Positions 61,830 through 64,000 of a stretch of 64,000 nucleotides of DNA are shown one piece after another; within the stretch, counting starts at the first letter, position 1, and every line of letters begins with the position of its first letter. The position numbers were made by a program, and so were the translations under genes. The notes under the pieces are model-generated. The model did no database searches, was not told where the DNA came from, and saw only the letters and a program-made list of their open reading frames with translations. The DNA comes from Caldilineaceae bacterium (GTDB taxonomy: Bacteria; Chloroflexota; Anaerolineae; Caldilineales; Caldilineaceae): contig OZ252089.1 in assembly GCA_965248125.1 (NCBI GenBank), forward strand, positions 3,142,399 to 3,206,398. The letters are read 5' to 3'.

Positions 61830-62175
61830 TATCTGGGACAGCCAGTTTTACTTCCACCTGACCTTGGGGACGGGTTGCCTGTGGATCATCCGGTGTACAC
61901 GGTGAGTGAGTTGGTGGATGCGCTGGATCCCGAGGCGTTTAAGGCCCTCTAGGCACCACAGGGCTCCGGTAATCTACCCTATGCGCCGACCATGATGGTT
62001 CAAATCCCATTCTACGGCAAAGGTACGGGGCGTTGTCGTCTCGGACTCAGGGGCATAAACCGGAGGATAATGTGGTATTCCGGGCGCTGGCGGCGGGGGG
62101 GAACTGCCGCCGCAACGCCCGATCTATGAATTTCAGCGGCGACACCGCACGGATTTCGTGCGAGACTATCAGGCC
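61830..62175 (+). pseudogene. Decayed transposase N-terminal fragment (IS5/IS1182-type, DUF772-like)
   Basis: Motif strings spread over three frames, with an in-frame TAG at 61950: LLPPDLGDGLPVDHPVYTVSELVDALD, GSGNLPYAPTMMVQIPFYGKGTG, VVSSRTQGHKPEDNVVFRALAAGG, PIYEFQRRH. Confidence 0.5.
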
Positions 62176-62187
62176 TAGTTTGAGACG

Positions 62188-62583
62188 TGGCTGGAACTGC
62201 AGCATGGCATCTCCGCGCATGACACTATCTACCGAGTCCTGATCTTGTTAGATCCCCAGAAGCTAGAGAGCGTCTTTGCCTGGTGAGTAAAGGGCCAGGA
62301 GAACTCGCGCCCGGCGACCACGGTAGCCGTGTACGGCAAGGCACTGCTCCGCTTTCATGACCTGTGTAACGGCATTCCTGCCCTGTACAGGTCAAGTACC
62401 TGGTCCAGCACCCAGGGAGTGACGCTAGGCATGGCTGCGGTGGACCCAAAGGCCCACCCAAGCACGGCCATCCCGGAATTGCTACAAAGGCAAGGCTGTA
62501 TTGTCACCATTGTTCGGGTACATAGGAAATGGGTGAGGGTGCCAGAAACACATCGCGGAGACCATGTGAGCATAGGAAGCTGA
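62188..62583 (+). pseudogene. Decayed ISAs1-family (H-repeat associated) transposase fragment
   Basis: A single frame interrupted by TGA at 62284: WLELQHGISAHDTIYRVLILLDPQKLESVFAW*..VAVYGKALLRFHD..ALYRSSTW..LGMAAVDPKAHPSTAIPELLQRQGCIVTI. The expected AIDGK Asp reads Tyr. Confidence 0.6.
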
Positions 62584-63140
62584 CAATATACTGGCCGTCA
62601 AGTAGCTCCAGCCGGCCCCGCATTCCGGTGTGCAGGACACATTCGAGTGGGCGCGCACTTCGGATGGAACCGCGGGTCACGACCACATGGAAACCTGAGA
62701 GTGCTGGGCGAGCGGCGACCGAACATCCTAGCCCCTGTTAACCCGGCAGGATGCTGACCCGGATGGCAGAACCCAATTGAGGTGGCTGCCATCCGCGGCT
62801 ATGGGCGAGGGCCTTGGCTGTGAAAATGCCCTAGGTCCCGGACATGGTCTTCCGCGCGGAACAAAGCGCATCCACAAGGGTCACGCTGGTTCTATATTCC
62901 GCTCTGGCGGTGGGCCTACCACTTCTAGGGCTGGGATACCCCGCGCAACAGAAAACATTGAGGGCAAACGTCCAGTAGCCGCCCGGAATCTCGATTTTCT
63001 AGTGCAAGTCCCAGCCTTTTAGCAATCTTGCAACTGCCCTGCGTTCGTACTGAACTTCCGCGATTTCCTTCTCTGAACGATGTCATGGTCAGACTCAGCA
63101 GTGCTGCCCGGAATCAGTGTGACCTCGGAATGTGCGTTTA

Positions 63141-63926
63141 TCATCGTAGCCGCGCGCGCACCGCAACGTTCACCTGTTCCAGCAAAACCACCATGAGAAG
63201 GACGACTAGAGTTAGGGTAGCAACTTTGTCATATTGAAAGGATCGGATATAAAGCTGGATGTAGAAGCCGATACCGCCCGCACCCACGAGACCCAGTACT
63301 AGCGAGTCGCGGAAGTTCAACTCAAACCTGAAGAGGGTATCGCGGGCCAGATCAGGGATGACCTGCGGTAACACAGAAAAGCGTATGCGTTGCCACCAAG
63401 TGGCCCCAGCGCTATCGAGCGCCTCCATTGGGCCGCGGTGGGCATTCTCAAAGGCCTCAGCATAGAATTTACCCAACATACCTGTCGAATGAACGGCGAC
63501 AGCCAGAATACCAGGGAAAGGCCCCAATCCCACCGTACTGACGAAGACCAACGCCAACAGAATCAAGGGTATCGCACGCAGAATACTTAACAGCCATCGT
63601 ACCGGTTGATGAATCCAGACTGGGGTCAAATTAGTGGCTGCCAGCAGTCCCAAGAAGAAAGAGGACATGATGCTCAACACCGTACCCAACAGTGCGATCC
63701 GCACAGTTTCCCCTGTGGCTTGAAGCACTGTCGAGGCTACTTTCATGTCTGGATGTGCCACGCGGCCAAGGAATTCGACCAGGCGTGGCAATCCGATTAC
63801 GAGCTTGCTCCAAGTAAGGTCAGAACCGCGCCAAGCCCAAGCGACAAGAACGATGAAGAGCAGAATGCCCGCTGTATGGATCAGGCTTTGGCGCAACGAT
63901 GGACGCGGGTATTCAAGCGTTGTCAC
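63141..63926 (-). CDS. phnE: Phosphonate ABC transporter permease
   Basis: 261 aa. PhnE-like ETVRIALLGTVLS and GLVGAGGIG segments. GTG start. A further minus-strand ORF ends at 63931 and runs off the window. Confidence 0.8.
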   Translation of the reverse strand: MTTLEYPRPSLRQSLIHTAGILLFIVLVAWAWRGSDLTWSKLVIGLPRLVEFLGRVAHPDMKVASTVLQATGETVRIALLGTVLSIMSSFFLGLLAATNLTPVWIHQPVRWLLSILRAIPLILLALVFVSTVGLGPFPGILAVAVHSTGMLGKFYAEAFENAHRGPMEALDSAGATWWQRIRFSVLPQVIPDLARDTLFRFELNFRDSLVLGLVGAGGIGFYIQLYIRSFQYDKVATLTLVVLLMVVLLEQVNVAVRARLR

Positions 63927-64000
63927 GGCGTTACTTGAACGGGAGGGGAAGCAACATGCTGTTGTCTAGAGAGTGTTGGCAAGCCAACCGGGGATAAGTC

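Noticed and set aside
37906-63140. CRISPR arrays or other regularly spaced direct repeats in the ORF-poor regions (37906-38452, 50036-51140, 61062-63140)
   Set aside because: Reading these regions by eye, I found no repeat unit recurring at fixed spacing. Only isolated palindromes and transposase-derived coding remnants are present.

Overview
Densely coding bacterial chromosomal window, mid-50s percent GC by eye, with GGAGG-type ribosome binding sites (RBS), some TTG/GTG starts and frequent short gene overlaps. I support about 58 CDS, one tRNA-Leu(UAA), one multiply frameshifted pseudogene, several hairpin terminators and decayed transposase fragments. I saw no rRNA, CRISPR array, intact transposase or integrase, prophage, or recognisable defence operon. 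Layout: (1) 86-10516 is a sulfatase island. It has three Cys-type sulfatases without signal peptides, an ABC-2 exporter pair, a radical-SAM sulfatase maturase (anSME) with a SEC-C-like tail, a Gfo/Idh/MocA oxidoreductase, a decayed DapA/NAL-family gene and two tandem 7Fe-type ferredoxins. (2) 10617-29853 holds envelope and housekeeping genes: PIG-L deacetylase, 4xLysM-YkuD transpeptidase, tRNA-Leu, mltG, GDP-6-deoxyhexose genes, pheT, rnz, TagA/GT4, tsaC, nitrilase-family and MaoC. (3) 29993-33528 is a CUT1 sugar ABC importer. (4) 33751-37905 is copA plus a membrane-anchored cytochrome c fusion. (5) 38453-42634 is an SDR plus 2-oxoacid dehydrogenase E1alpha/E1beta/E2. (6) 43049-50035 is a CUT1 importer operon with an enolase-superfamily enzyme and three divergent PhyH-family dioxygenases. 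(7) 50036-51140 is an ORF-poor 1.1 kb spacer with conspicuous hairpins. (8) 51141-60560 is a GH95-like/DUF5703-like protein plus an Opp-type importer. (9) 61062-63140 is a roughly 2 kb decayed insertion-sequence region next to phnE. The leads I rate highest are the triple-PhyH locus, the possible ferredoxin/oxidoreductase support module for the maturase, and the 1.1 kb spacer. All family calls come from motifs read by eye and need HMM or BLAST confirmation. The gene content suggests a glycan-degrading heterotroph, possibly Chloroflexota-like, but taxonomy is not established here.
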